Shown here piece after piece: positions 1-7,575 of a stretch of 25,051 bases of DNA; position 1 is the stretch's first letter, and the number at the start of each line of letters is the position of its first letter. Below the pieces are notes generated by a model. That model did no database searches and was not told the origin of the DNA. It saw only the letters and a program-made list of their open reading frames with translations. Source of the stretch: Mycoplasmatota bacterium (GTDB lineage: Bacteria > Bacillota_I > Bacilli_A > Izemoplasmatales > Izemoplasmataceae). The DNA is taken from the NCBI GenBank assembly GCA_030641535.1, contig DAOWHG010000052.1, positions 1 through 25,051 of the forward strand, written 5' to 3'. The position numbers and the translations under genes are program-made.

Positions 1-600
1 TTCTTCTTGGTCATGAGTTACGAATATTGTTGTGATTCCTGTTTCTCTTTGAATACGTTTAATTTCTTCACGCGTCTGAAGTCTTAAACGTGCATCTAAG
101 TTACTTAAAGGTTCATCTAATAATAAAACACGAGGCTTTTTAACAAGTGCGCGTGCAATAGCAACACGTTGTTGTTGTCCCCCCGATAATTCTTTTGGTT
201 TACGATTCATCAATTCCCCGATACCTACTAAATCAGCCATTTCCTGAGCTCTTACTAATGCTTCAGCCTTAGGCACTTTGATATTTTCAAGCGGGAACAT
301 GATGTTTTGTCTAACGGTCATATGTGGATATAATGCATAATTTTGAAACACTAATCCTATCCCTCTATCTTCAGGTGCTGTATCAGTTACATTTTCGTCT
401 CCAAAGAATATACTCCCATCATTTGGTTTTAATAACCCAGCAATCATATATAATGTTGTAGATTTCCCACAACCACTAGGTCCTAAAAGTCCAATCAATT
501 TTCCAGTAGGTATTACAATGTCTAAAGACTTAACTGCATAAACCTCTGATTTGTCCTTTTGAATAAAGATTTTGGTAATGTTTTTTAATTTGATTTCCAT
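1..600 (-). CDS. ABC transporter ATP-binding protein, sugar-uptake (MalK/MsmX/UgpC-like) family; runs off the window edge (3' part missing)
   Basis: Not in the ORF track; translated by hand from ATG at 600: MEIKLKNITK..., Walker A GPSGCGKST, Q-loop FQNYALYPHMTV, signature LSGGQQQRVAIARAL, Walker B LLLDEPLSNLD, H-loop FVTHDQEE at the edge; SD AGGAGA upstream. Confidence 0.93.
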   Translation of the reverse strand, partial: MEIKLKNITKIFIQKDKSEVYAVKSLDIVIPTGKLIGLLGPSGCGKSTTLYMIAGLLKPNDGSIFFGDENVTDTAPEDRGIGLVFQNYALYPHMTVRQNIMFPLENIKVPKAEALVRAQEMADLVGIGELMNRKPKELSGGQQQRVAIARALVKKPRVLLLDEPLSNLDARLRLQTREEIKRIQRETGITTIFVTHDQEE

Positions 601-636
601 TTTATCTCTCCTAAATCATAATGTTTTTAACACTAT

Positions 637-642
637 ATTATA
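637..642 (-). promoter_or_regulatory. Candidate sigma-A -10 box (TATAAT) for the ABC ATPase gene
   Basis: Plus-strand ATTATA at 637-642, 36 nt upstream of the start codon; no convincing -35. Confidence 0.45.
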
Positions 643-737
643 CTACAAAAGTAGTTGATTTAAAATATATTTTTATAAAATTATAAAATGTAAATTCTTA
701 CATTGTAAATAACGAAATAAGTGTAAAAATTATAAAT

Positions 738-764
738 AAAAAAGACGAATTTTCTCGTCTTTTT
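738..764 (-). terminator. Intrinsic terminator downstream of the small membrane protein gene
   Basis: Inverted repeat AAAAAGACGA / TCGTCTTTTT directly after the stop codon, with a U-tract on the minus strand. Confidence 0.8.
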
Positions 765-1017
765 ATCCTCCAATTATTCCGTCTAAAAATCCACCGCTAT
801 ACAAGAACCATAGTCCTCCTAGGATTAAAACAACAATAATTATTTTAGATAATTTCTTAACCAGTTCAAAAGTACCTAAGATTACGATTATCCCACCTAC
901 TAATAATCCAATAATTTGTTCTATAACGCCTAAATTATTGACAAAATCAAATGCAGAATCAATAATTCCTTGAATAGGAATAAGATTTTCAATTGTTTCT
1001 ATAATTGTATCAAACAT
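763..1017 (-). CDS. Small membrane protein (about 84 aa, two hydrophobic segments), function unknown
   Basis: ORF track 763..1026 (GTG). ATG at 1017 preferred because SD GAGGTG lies 6 nt upstream. Hydrophobic IIGLLVGGIIVILG and IIIVVLILGGLWFL are separated by basic KKLSK; has its own TGtTATAAT upstream and a terminator. Confidence 0.75.
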   Translation of the reverse strand: MFDTIIETIENLIPIQGIIDSAFDFVNNLGVIEQIIGLLVGGIIVILGTFELVKKLSKIIIVVLILGGLWFLYSGGFLDGIIGG

Positions 1018-1111
1018 AATGCCCACCTCTCCATACTTATTAATTTATGTAATACCGATTACTTCCATTATAACAAAAAACATGTGAATAATTTATGAAT
1101 TTCTCAAAACT

Positions 1112-1711
1112 TTATAATTTTCTTCTTCCTTCTAGTGCTTTTGCAATAGTAATCTCATCTGCATACTCAATATTTCCACCAGCTGGTATACCATGTGCAA
1201 TCCTTGTTACTAATATGGTAGAATCCTCTAGCAGTCTGCTTATATACCTTGCAGTTGTTTCACCTTCATTACTCAAATTAGTAGCTAAAACAACTTCTTT
1301 TATTGTTTCATCTTTTAGTCTTTCTAATAAACCTTTTATGTTAATATCTTCTGGACCAATTCCATCACTTGGAGAAATTGCACCATTTAAAACATGGTAT
1401 AACCCATGATATTTGTTTGTTTTTTCCATTACAATTAAATCTTTTGCTTCTTCAATTACAATTATTATACTTTTATCTCTTGATTGATCTTTACAAATAT
1501 AACAAGGATCTGTATCCGTAATATTTCCACAAATAGGACATTTAAATATGTCTTCTTTTATTTTTAAATAAGCATCAACTATTTCGTCAATTGCTTCTTC
1601 ATTTAAACGATTAATTGTATATAAAGCATATCGTTCAGCTGTTTTTTTACCAACACCTGGATATTTTCTTAACGCTTCTATAAGTTTATCTACTGCATCT
1701 GGATATCTCAA
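1112..1711 (-). CDS. recR: Recombination mediator RecR
   Basis: LIEALRKYPGVGKKTAER HhH, C4 zinc finger CPIC...CYIC, Toprim with YHVLNGAISP and EVVLATN, C-terminal ADEITIAKALEGRR; TTG start; follows dnaX-ebfC. Confidence 0.97.
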   Translation of the reverse strand: MRYPDAVDKLIEALRKYPGVGKKTAERYALYTINRLNEEAIDEIVDAYLKIKEDIFKCPICGNITDTDPCYICKDQSRDKSIIIVIEEAKDLIVMEKTNKYHGLYHVLNGAISPSDGIGPEDINIKGLLERLKDETIKEVVLATNLSNEGETTARYISRLLEDSTILVTRIAHGIPAGGNIEYADEITIAKALEGRRKL

Positions 1712-1724
1712 TTAAATCACTTCC

Positions 1725-2030
1725 TTAAAATAACCCAGGCATACCTCCGCCTGTAAATTTGGACATAACTCTTTCTGTCTCATCATCAATTTTCTTTATA
1801 CAGTCATTTACTGCTGCAACAATAGTATCTTGAAGCATTTCTAAGTCTTCAGCAGATTCAATTAGTTCAGGATTAATAGCTATTTCTCTCATTTTACGAT
1901 CACCGGTAAATTCAACTTTTACTGTTTGTCCTCCCGCACTTCCATAAAAAGTAGAGGCTTCTAGTTCTTGTTGGGCTCTTACCATGTCTTGTTGCATTTT
2001 TTGAAGTTTTTTTATCATTCCTGGATTCAT
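1725..2030 (-). CDS. ebfC: YbaB/EbfC family nucleoid-associated protein
   Basis: MMxKLQKMQQDM-type N-terminus, GSAGGQTVKVEFTG, DLEMLQDTIVAAVND, C-terminal GGGMPGLF; canonical position between dnaX and recR; TAATG overlap with the dnaX stop. Confidence 0.93.
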   Translation of the reverse strand: MNPGMIKKLQKMQQDMVRAQQELEASTFYGSAGGQTVKVEFTGDRKMREIAINPELIESAEDLEMLQDTIVAAVNDCIKKIDDETERVMSKFTGGGMPGLF

Positions 2031-3997
2031 TATTTATCTCCTTTCTTAACTTTTACCAAGTCAGACCCAAACATATTAATTGCTTCTTTAACGCTGTCAG
2101 GAGTCATATCTTCTACACTGTGGTTAATAGTAGGCATCCCTTTTAAATCAGGATGATTAATTGGAGAAAGTTTTATGTTTGTTTCTCCTAACTTCCATTT
2201 TTGAATGAATTCTTGAGATTTTTCCTCCCAAACAACTTTAGGAAGAGCTAGATAATCAAGTTCCTTATTATAAAAATCACATAAGATTTTAACTATTTGG
2301 TTTTTAATTTCAGGTTTCATCATTCTATTACATATTGAAGGTGTTAAATATTCAATAATAATCATTTTAGAATCCGTTGCCACTAAACGACCCTCTGTAA
2401 TCATTCTTGCGTATGATAAATTGCTGTGAGTAGCTTCTCTTTCTATATCGAACCATCTCATATTCATTGAAATTTTAATTTCTCTATTCGCATTATTTAA
2501 TACATCTTCAATATATCTTATATCAAAAGTAGAATACGGTTCTTTTTTCTCTACAATTTCCTCAACAACAGTATTAAATAGATTTGCTTCTTCGGTCTCT
2601 TCTTCAACATCTGCCTTTTTATCCTCTATATCATCTTTAGAATATAGGGGACTATCATCCACGACATGTTCATCTAATTTTACTTCTTCAATTTCTACTT
2701 TTTCTTCTTTTTCTTCCTTTTTCTCTGAAGATATTGGATCATTTGTTGGAATATTTATAAAATCGTGTGCTATTTCTTCTTGTATTTCTACTTTTTCTTC
2801 AACTTTTGTCTCCTCTTTTGGAGGTATATATTCTAAATTATCTATTTTTTCTTGTAAATGATTTATTTTATCTCTTAAATTTTCAAATTCATCAATAATT
2901 ACTATTTCTTGTTTTTCAACTTTATCAACCATCTTAATCAATGCTAATTCCATATATAATTTAGAATTAGTAGTCCATTTCATATCGTTTTTAGCTTTAT
3001 TTAAAGCGTCAATATAGAAGAAAATCAAATTATTGCTTAATTTTTTTGATAATTCAATGAATGATGGTTCACTATAAATTAATTGATCTTTGTCATCTGT
3101 ATTTACATTCTTAAATATAAGAAGATCACGGTAAAATTTAATCAAGTTTTCTACTAATCTTGGAGCTTCTTTTCCTAATAAAACAAGATCTTCAAGCTGT
3201 TTTATAGCTTCAATTGAATTGTTTTTATAAATAGCATCAGCAATATTTAATAGCTTATCATTTGAAACTGTTCCTTTTATAGCATGAACATCATTTATTT
3301 TTACTTTTTGGTCTGTATAAGATACGACTTGATCTAATAAGCTAATTGCATCCCTCATACCACCTTCGGCACTTTCTGCGATAACTTTTATTGCTTCTTT
3401 CTCAATAGCTATATTTTCTTCATCAACAATTGTGTTAAGTCTTCCAATCATTTCAGGTATGCTTACACCTCTAAAATCAAACCTTTGGCAGCGAGAATGA
3501 ATTGTCGCTGGAATTTTATGAGGTTCAGTTGTAGCTAAAATAAAAATGACATGTTTTGGAGGTTCTTCTAATGTTTTTAACAAGGCATTAAAAGCTCCAA
3601 TACTTAGCATGTGAACTTCATCTATGATATAAACTTTATATTTACCTACACCTGGTAAGTATTTTACTTTATCTCTAATTTCTCTTATTTCATCAACACC
3701 GTTATTACTTGCTGCATCTATTTCTATAACATCAGTTATTGAATTATCTTCTATTCCACGACAAATATCACATTCATTACATGGATTCTCAACAGGAGCG
3801 TGTTCACAGTTTACAGCTTTTGCGATAATTTTCGCAATTGATGTTTTTCCAGTTCCTCTTGGTCCACTAAATAAATATGCATGTGCAATCTTATCATTTT
3901 TTAAAGCATTTCTAAATGTTTTAGTAATATGTTCTTGTCCCGCAATTTCATCAAAAGTAGCAGGTCTATAGGTACGATATAATGCCTTGTAAGCCAT
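2030..3997 (-). CDS. dnaX: DNA polymerase III subunit gamma/tau
   Basis: YKALYRTYRPATF, Walker A GPRGTGKT, zinc module C..C..C, EIDAASNNGVDEIR, DEVHML, TLEEPP, SRC motif; long E/K-rich linker and C-terminal domain. Confidence 0.97.
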   Translation of the reverse strand: MAYKALYRTYRPATFDEIAGQEHITKTFRNALKNDKIAHAYLFSGPRGTGKTSIAKIIAKAVNCEHAPVENPCNECDICRGIEDNSITDVIEIDAASNNGVDEIREIRDKVKYLPGVGKYKVYIIDEVHMLSIGAFNALLKTLEEPPKHVIFILATTEPHKIPATIHSRCQRFDFRGVSIPEMIGRLNTIVDEENIAIEKEAIKVIAESAEGGMRDAISLLDQVVSYTDQKVKINDVHAIKGTVSNDKLLNIADAIYKNNSIEAIKQLEDLVLLGKEAPRLVENLIKFYRDLLIFKNVNTDDKDQLIYSEPSFIELSKKLSNNLIFFYIDALNKAKNDMKWTTNSKLYMELALIKMVDKVEKQEIVIIDEFENLRDKINHLQEKIDNLEYIPPKEETKVEEKVEIQEEIAHDFINIPTNDPISSEKKEEKEEKVEIEEVKLDEHVVDDSPLYSKDDIEDKKADVEEETEEANLFNTVVEEIVEKKEPYSTFDIRYIEDVLNNANREIKISMNMRWFDIEREATHSNLSYARMITEGRLVATDSKMIIIEYLTPSICNRMMKPEIKNQIVKILCDFYNKELDYLALPKVVWEEKSQEFIQKWKLGETNIKLSPINHPDLKGMPTINHSVEDMTPDSVKEAINMFGSDLVKVKKGDK

Positions 3998-4045
3998 AAT
4001 TTGTCACCTCATTTAAGAATTTTGATGGTAATTTCATTATAAAAC

Positions 4046-4072
4046 AAAAAGACTGTTTTTAATAGTCTTTTT
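4046..4072 (-). terminator. Intrinsic terminator between the 159-aa hypothetical gene and dnaX
   Basis: AAAAAGACT / AGTCTTTTT inverted repeat overlapping the stop codon, with a U-tract on the minus strand. Confidence 0.7.
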
Positions 4073-4550
4073 AAGAATTTTCCATCATTTTTTTAACTTC
4101 TTCAAGAACAACTAATAATGCAATATTTTCATTAGTATCTTTCTTGAATTTCTTTTCCATAAACTGATAAGTTAAATCCTCTGTCTCACCATTTATTAAG
4201 ATCCGATATGCTTGTTCTAATGACTTCTGAAAACTCGTGTTTCCTCTTAATCTTCTGTAACCTTCGATACTAAAATCACATTGTTCTGTAATGGCTTCGC
4301 CAACCCGTTTTAAATAGTTTGTAAATTGATCATCTTGCTTTGATTCCTTATTTGGAAAGATCCATTCAAACACTTTATCAAACACAAATAGAAAGATAGT
4401 AAACATAAAAGGTACTGATATTAATGAAGTAACCAATACATAATCAATGCTTCCTTCTCTAATAGCTAAATATCCTACATAAACAGCAAGTGCAATTACT
4501 GAAAATAAGAATACAATTCCGTAGTACTTAAATCCTTTTTTTGATTTCAT
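4071..4550 (-). CDS. Hypothetical membrane protein (two N-terminal TM segments plus a soluble C-terminal domain)
   Basis: 159-aa ORF with SD AGGTGA; hydrophobic residues about 9-29 and 37-57; basic N-terminus; no family recognised. Confidence 0.75.
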   Translation of the reverse strand: MKSKKGFKYYGIVFLFSVIALAVYVGYLAIREGSIDYVLVTSLISVPFMFTIFLFVFDKVFEWIFPNKESKQDDQFTNYLKRVGEAITEQCDFSIEGYRRLRGNTSFQKSLEQAYRILINGETEDLTYQFMEKKFKKDTNENIALLVVLEEVKKMMENS

Positions 4551-4592
4551 ATATTATCACCTAGAAGTATTATACTATAAAAATTCAGATTG

Positions 4593-4601
4593 TGATATAA
4601 T
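4593..4601 (+). promoter_or_regulatory. Extended -10 promoter (TGaTATAAT) for mnmE
   Basis: TG 4593-4594 and TATAAT 4596-4601 just upstream of SD GGGTGA. Confidence 0.6.
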
Positions 4602-4617
4602 AAATTGGGTGATATTT

Positions 4618-5967
4618 ATGATGAACGACACAATTGCTCAAATATCTTCTGCTTTAGGACAAGGTGCAATAAGCATTGTTAGAATGAGTGGTAAAGATGC
4701 TATTTCAATAGCTAATAGAATATTTGATGGAACCAATTTAGAGAAAGTCCCAACACATACAGTACACTATGGGCATATTGTTTATAAAAACAAAAATATT
4801 GATGAAGTTTTAATCACTATTTTTAAAGCTCCTAAAACCTTCACAGTAGAAGATATTGTGGAGATAAATTGTCATGGTGGAGTTTTTGTTGCAAATAAAA
4901 TATTAGAAACACTATTATTAGAAGGTGCTAGAAGCGCTAATCCAGGCGAGTTTACAGAAAGAGCTTTTTTGAACGGAAGAATTGATTTAACACAAGCTGA
5001 AGCCGTGATGGATATAATTGAGGCTAAATCTGATTTAAGTCTTTCTTTAGCCAATAAAGGATTAGATGGAGAAATTTATAAACTTATCGTTGATTTAAGA
5101 TCAGATTTATTAAATATAATTGCTCATATAGAAGTTAATATTGATTATCCTGAGTATGATGATGTTATCGAACTATCAAATAAGATTATAAAGCCAAAAA
5201 TCATTGATTTGTTGTCCAAAATTAATAAATTATTAGAACAAGCTAGTTATGGAAAAGTCATAAAAGATGGCGTTAAAACAGCGATTATTGGTAAACCAAA
5301 TGTAGGAAAGTCTAGTTTATTAAATGCTTTATTACGTGAAGATAAAGCTATTGTAACCGAAATACAAGGTACAACAAGAGATATTGTTGAGGGAAGCATT
5401 AACATTGGTGGAATTATCTTAAATTTAATAGACACTGCCGGAATACGTGAATCTGAGGATCTAATTGAAAAGATTGGTATTAATAAGGCAAAAGCCATAA
5501 TCTACGAAGCAGAACTTATCTTATTCGTTTTAGATAATAATCAAGTGTTATCTGAAGATGATGAAAAACTACTTGAATTAACTAAACACAAAAAGAGAAT
5601 AATAATCATTAATAAAACAGATTTAAACAAAGAACTATATCATTCTTTTGAAAATAGTATAGCAGTTAGTGCCCTTCATAAAACAGGAATTAATGAATTA
5701 GAAACAATGATAAAACAAATGTTTCTTAGTGGTGAAGTAAATATAACTGATCAAACATATGTTTCAAATGCTAGACATATCGCAAAACTAAACGAAACAA
5801 AAGAATCGCTTAACGACAGTATTACAGCCATAAAAAATGAATTGCCAATAGATATGGTAGAAATAGATTTGAAAGCTGCATGGAATGTATTGGGTGAGAT
5901 AATTGGAGACACATCTTCAACGAGTCTTTTAGATGAACTGTTCTCAAAATTCTGTCTAGGTAAGTAA
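4618..5967 (+). CDS. mnmE: tRNA uridine-34 modification GTPase MnmE (TrmE)
   Basis: DTIAQISSALGQGAISIVRMSG, EINCHGG, GEFTERAFLNGRIDLTQAEA, G1 GKPNVGKSS, G2 GTTRD, G3 DTAG, G4 NKTD, C-terminal FCLGK; start moved to ATG 4618 by SD spacing. Confidence 0.97.
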   Translation: MMNDTIAQISSALGQGAISIVRMSGKDAISIANRIFDGTNLEKVPTHTVHYGHIVYKNKNIDEVLITIFKAPKTFTVEDIVEINCHGGVFVANKILETLLLEGARSANPGEFTERAFLNGRIDLTQAEAVMDIIEAKSDLSLSLANKGLDGEIYKLIVDLRSDLLNIIAHIEVNIDYPEYDDVIELSNKIIKPKIIDLLSKINKLLEQASYGKVIKDGVKTAIIGKPNVGKSSLLNALLREDKAIVTEIQGTTRDIVEGSINIGGIILNLIDTAGIRESEDLIEKIGINKAKAIIYEAELILFVLDNNQVLSEDDEKLLELTKHKKRIIIINKTDLNKELYHSFENSIAVSALHKTGINELETMIKQMFLSGEVNITDQTYVSNARHIAKLNETKESLNDSITAIKNELPIDMVEIDLKAAWNVLGEIIGDTSSTSLLDELFSKFCLGK

Positions 5968-6035
5968 AAAGAATTTCATATAAAAATTAATTGTTCATAA
6001 CTTCAAAGAAATATAAATAATTTTTAATAATTTTC

Positions 6036-6064
6036 TTGTATTTTTACATATTTTTACATATAAT
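6036..6064 (+). promoter_or_regulatory. Sigma-A-type promoter of the hyp-nfeD-RDD-SPFH operon (TTGTAT-17-TATAAT) with tandem TTTTTACATA repeats
   Basis: TTGTAT 6036-6041, 17-bp spacer, TATAAT 6059-6064; TTTTTACATA at 6041-6050 and 6051-6060. Confidence 0.65.
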
Positions 6065-6106
6065 AGGGTTATAACGAATATAAAAAACTTTATAGGAGGT
6101 GAATTT

Positions 6107-6487
6107 ATGTCGTTTGTATGGGCATCAAAGAAGCCAAAAGATGGCGTTGCCACAATGTATGAGTCAAATATAACACTTAATAAATCTGCGAGTTCTCACT
6201 TTGATCATGCATTCAGTGTACTACTAGGATTAGATTTGGAATCTAAAAGAATTGCAGTGAAACCTATTTCAAAGGAAGAACATGAATTAGGAGCAATTCC
6301 AGAAGAAAAGAGACATAAAATTACAGTGAAACCTAGTTATGCTAGAGTTTGTAACAAAAAATTTATGAAAGAGATTGCCAATTTAGTTGGAGTTGATTTA
6401 TCAAACAATAAATCGTTTAAATTTAAGACTAAATGGAGCAAAGAAGATTCAGCACTAGTAATTGATCTGAATCAACCGGAGGTGTAG
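6107..6487 (+). CDS. Hypothetical soluble basic protein, 126 aa; possible tandem swapped-hairpin (AbrB/MraZ-like) fold
   Basis: Strong SD AGGAGGTGA; first gene of the operon; its last codons carry the SD of nfeD; fold call is from the strand/helix pattern only. Confidence 0.8.
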   Translation: MSFVWASKKPKDGVATMYESNITLNKSASSHFDHAFSVLLGLDLESKRIAVKPISKEEHELGAIPEEKRHKITVKPSYARVCNKKFMKEIANLVGVDLSNNKSFKFKTKWSKEDSALVIDLNQPEV

Positions 6488-6489
6488 AT

Positions 6490-6924
6490 ATGGGAGATAT
6501 AATGATTATCATTTGGTTTTCTATTATCATTTTAGCTGCTTTAATCGAAATTAATACAATGGATTTAGCCAGTATTTGGTTTAGTGCTGGAGCATTAATC
6601 GCCTTCATTTTAGCTCTTGTAGGGTTTAATGCATTTGGGCAAGTTGTAGTATTCTTAGTTGTATCGTTAGTATTACTTGTTAGTATTCGTCCAATTGTTA
6701 AGAATTACCTAAAAACTAATGTAATCAGTACAAATACTGATAGATTAGTTGGAAAAGTTGCAGTTTGTACTAAAGATATCAATGTGGGTGAAAGAGGAGA
6801 AGTAAAAATTGATGGTAAATATTGGTTAGCAATTTCATCAGGAGAAGAAGATATAATAATTGATGAAAAAGTTGAAGTACTTGCTATTGAAGGCGTAAAA
6901 CTTATTGTTGATAGGATTTCATGA
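6490..6924 (+). CDS. Short NfeD-family (YbbJ-like) membrane protein with C-terminal OB fold
   Basis: N-terminal TM block (WFSIIILAALIEI...SIWFSAGALIAF...QVVVFLVVSLVLL), then LVGKVAV, GEVKIDGKYWLA, VEVLAIEGVKLIV; lies upstream of an SPFH gene. Confidence 0.9.
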   Translation: MGDIMIIIWFSIIILAALIEINTMDLASIWFSAGALIAFILALVGFNAFGQVVVFLVVSLVLLVSIRPIVKNYLKTNVISTNTDRLVGKVAVCTKDINVGERGEVKIDGKYWLAISSGEEDIIIDEKVEVLAIEGVKLIVDRIS

Positions 6925-7529
6925 GAATAGGTGTTTTTAGAAGATCCGCCGCATTTTTACTAGATGCAATGCCAATAATATTGATTTTAAGCTTATTACT
7001 TAGCTTATTTGTAGGGGATATATTAAAATCACAATATTCTGATTTTGATGAAAAAATAACCACTTATCAGGAGAATATGGATGATTACTATGCTACTCTT
7101 GATGTATATAAAGAACAGCTAGAAGAAGAGGAGATTACTCTTGAAGATTATGAAGAATTATCTTTAGATTTACAAGTTACTTTTGTAAATGATAATGAAG
7201 AATATAGAAATGTAGTCTTCGGGTACTATTCAAACGTAGTATTATTCTATTTATTAAGTTTTACAGTGGTAAATTATTTCTATCACTTAATCCTTAAAGG
7301 ACAAACATATGGCCGTAAACTAATGAAAATTGAGTTATATGGAAATATCACTTGGTATACTTTACTATTAAGAGAAGTTCTATGGAAAAGTGCATTTTGG
7401 GTATTTACATTCTCAATAGGTATTCTAATAGATGTACTATTAGTTGCGTTTACTACCAAAAAGAAGACAATAAGAGATTTATTAACAGAAACGGAATTAA
7501 GATATAGCGGAACAAGTTATCCATTTTAA
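6921..7529 (+). CDS. RDD family membrane protein with a long acidic loop
   Basis: FRRSAAFLLD (R, D), GQTYGRKLMKI, LLLRE, TKKKTIRDLLTET pattern; ATGA overlap with the nfeD stop. Confidence 0.85.
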   Translation: MRIGVFRRSAAFLLDAMPIILILSLLLSLFVGDILKSQYSDFDEKITTYQENMDDYYATLDVYKEQLEEEEITLEDYEELSLDLQVTFVNDNEEYRNVVFGYYSNVVLFYLLSFTVVNYFYHLILKGQTYGRKLMKIELYGNITWYTLLLREVLWKSAFWVFTFSIGILIDVLLVAFTTKKKTIRDLLTETELRYSGTSYPF

Positions 7530-7575
7530 AAACAAAATATGTAAAGAGATAAAAAATTAAAAGGAGGATTTTATT

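Noticed and set aside
323-331. DnaA-box-like TGTGGATAT (8/9 match)
   Set aside because: Single imperfect copy inside a coding region; no box cluster, so oriC is not in this window
1095-1409. 104-aa plus-strand ORF
   Set aside because: Antisense shadow of recR; no SD, and Ser/Leu/Phe-rich composition typical of reverse frames
2688-2725. Possible gamma/tau-type -1 frameshift in dnaX: G_AAA_AAG at codons 425-427 with a -1 frame TGA about 10 codons later, close to the position of the E. coli site
   Set aside because: The heptamer is G_AAA_AAG rather than A_AAA_AAG, lies in an E/K-rich low-complexity linker where such runs are expected, and has no evident downstream hairpin. A_AAA_AAA also occurs at 3047-3041, showing these runs are common here.
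3998-4070. SRP RNA (ffs/scr), which precedes dnaX in many Bacillota
   Set aside because: Only about 70 bp of AT-rich sequence holding a terminator, a -10 and an SD; no SRP domain IV motif
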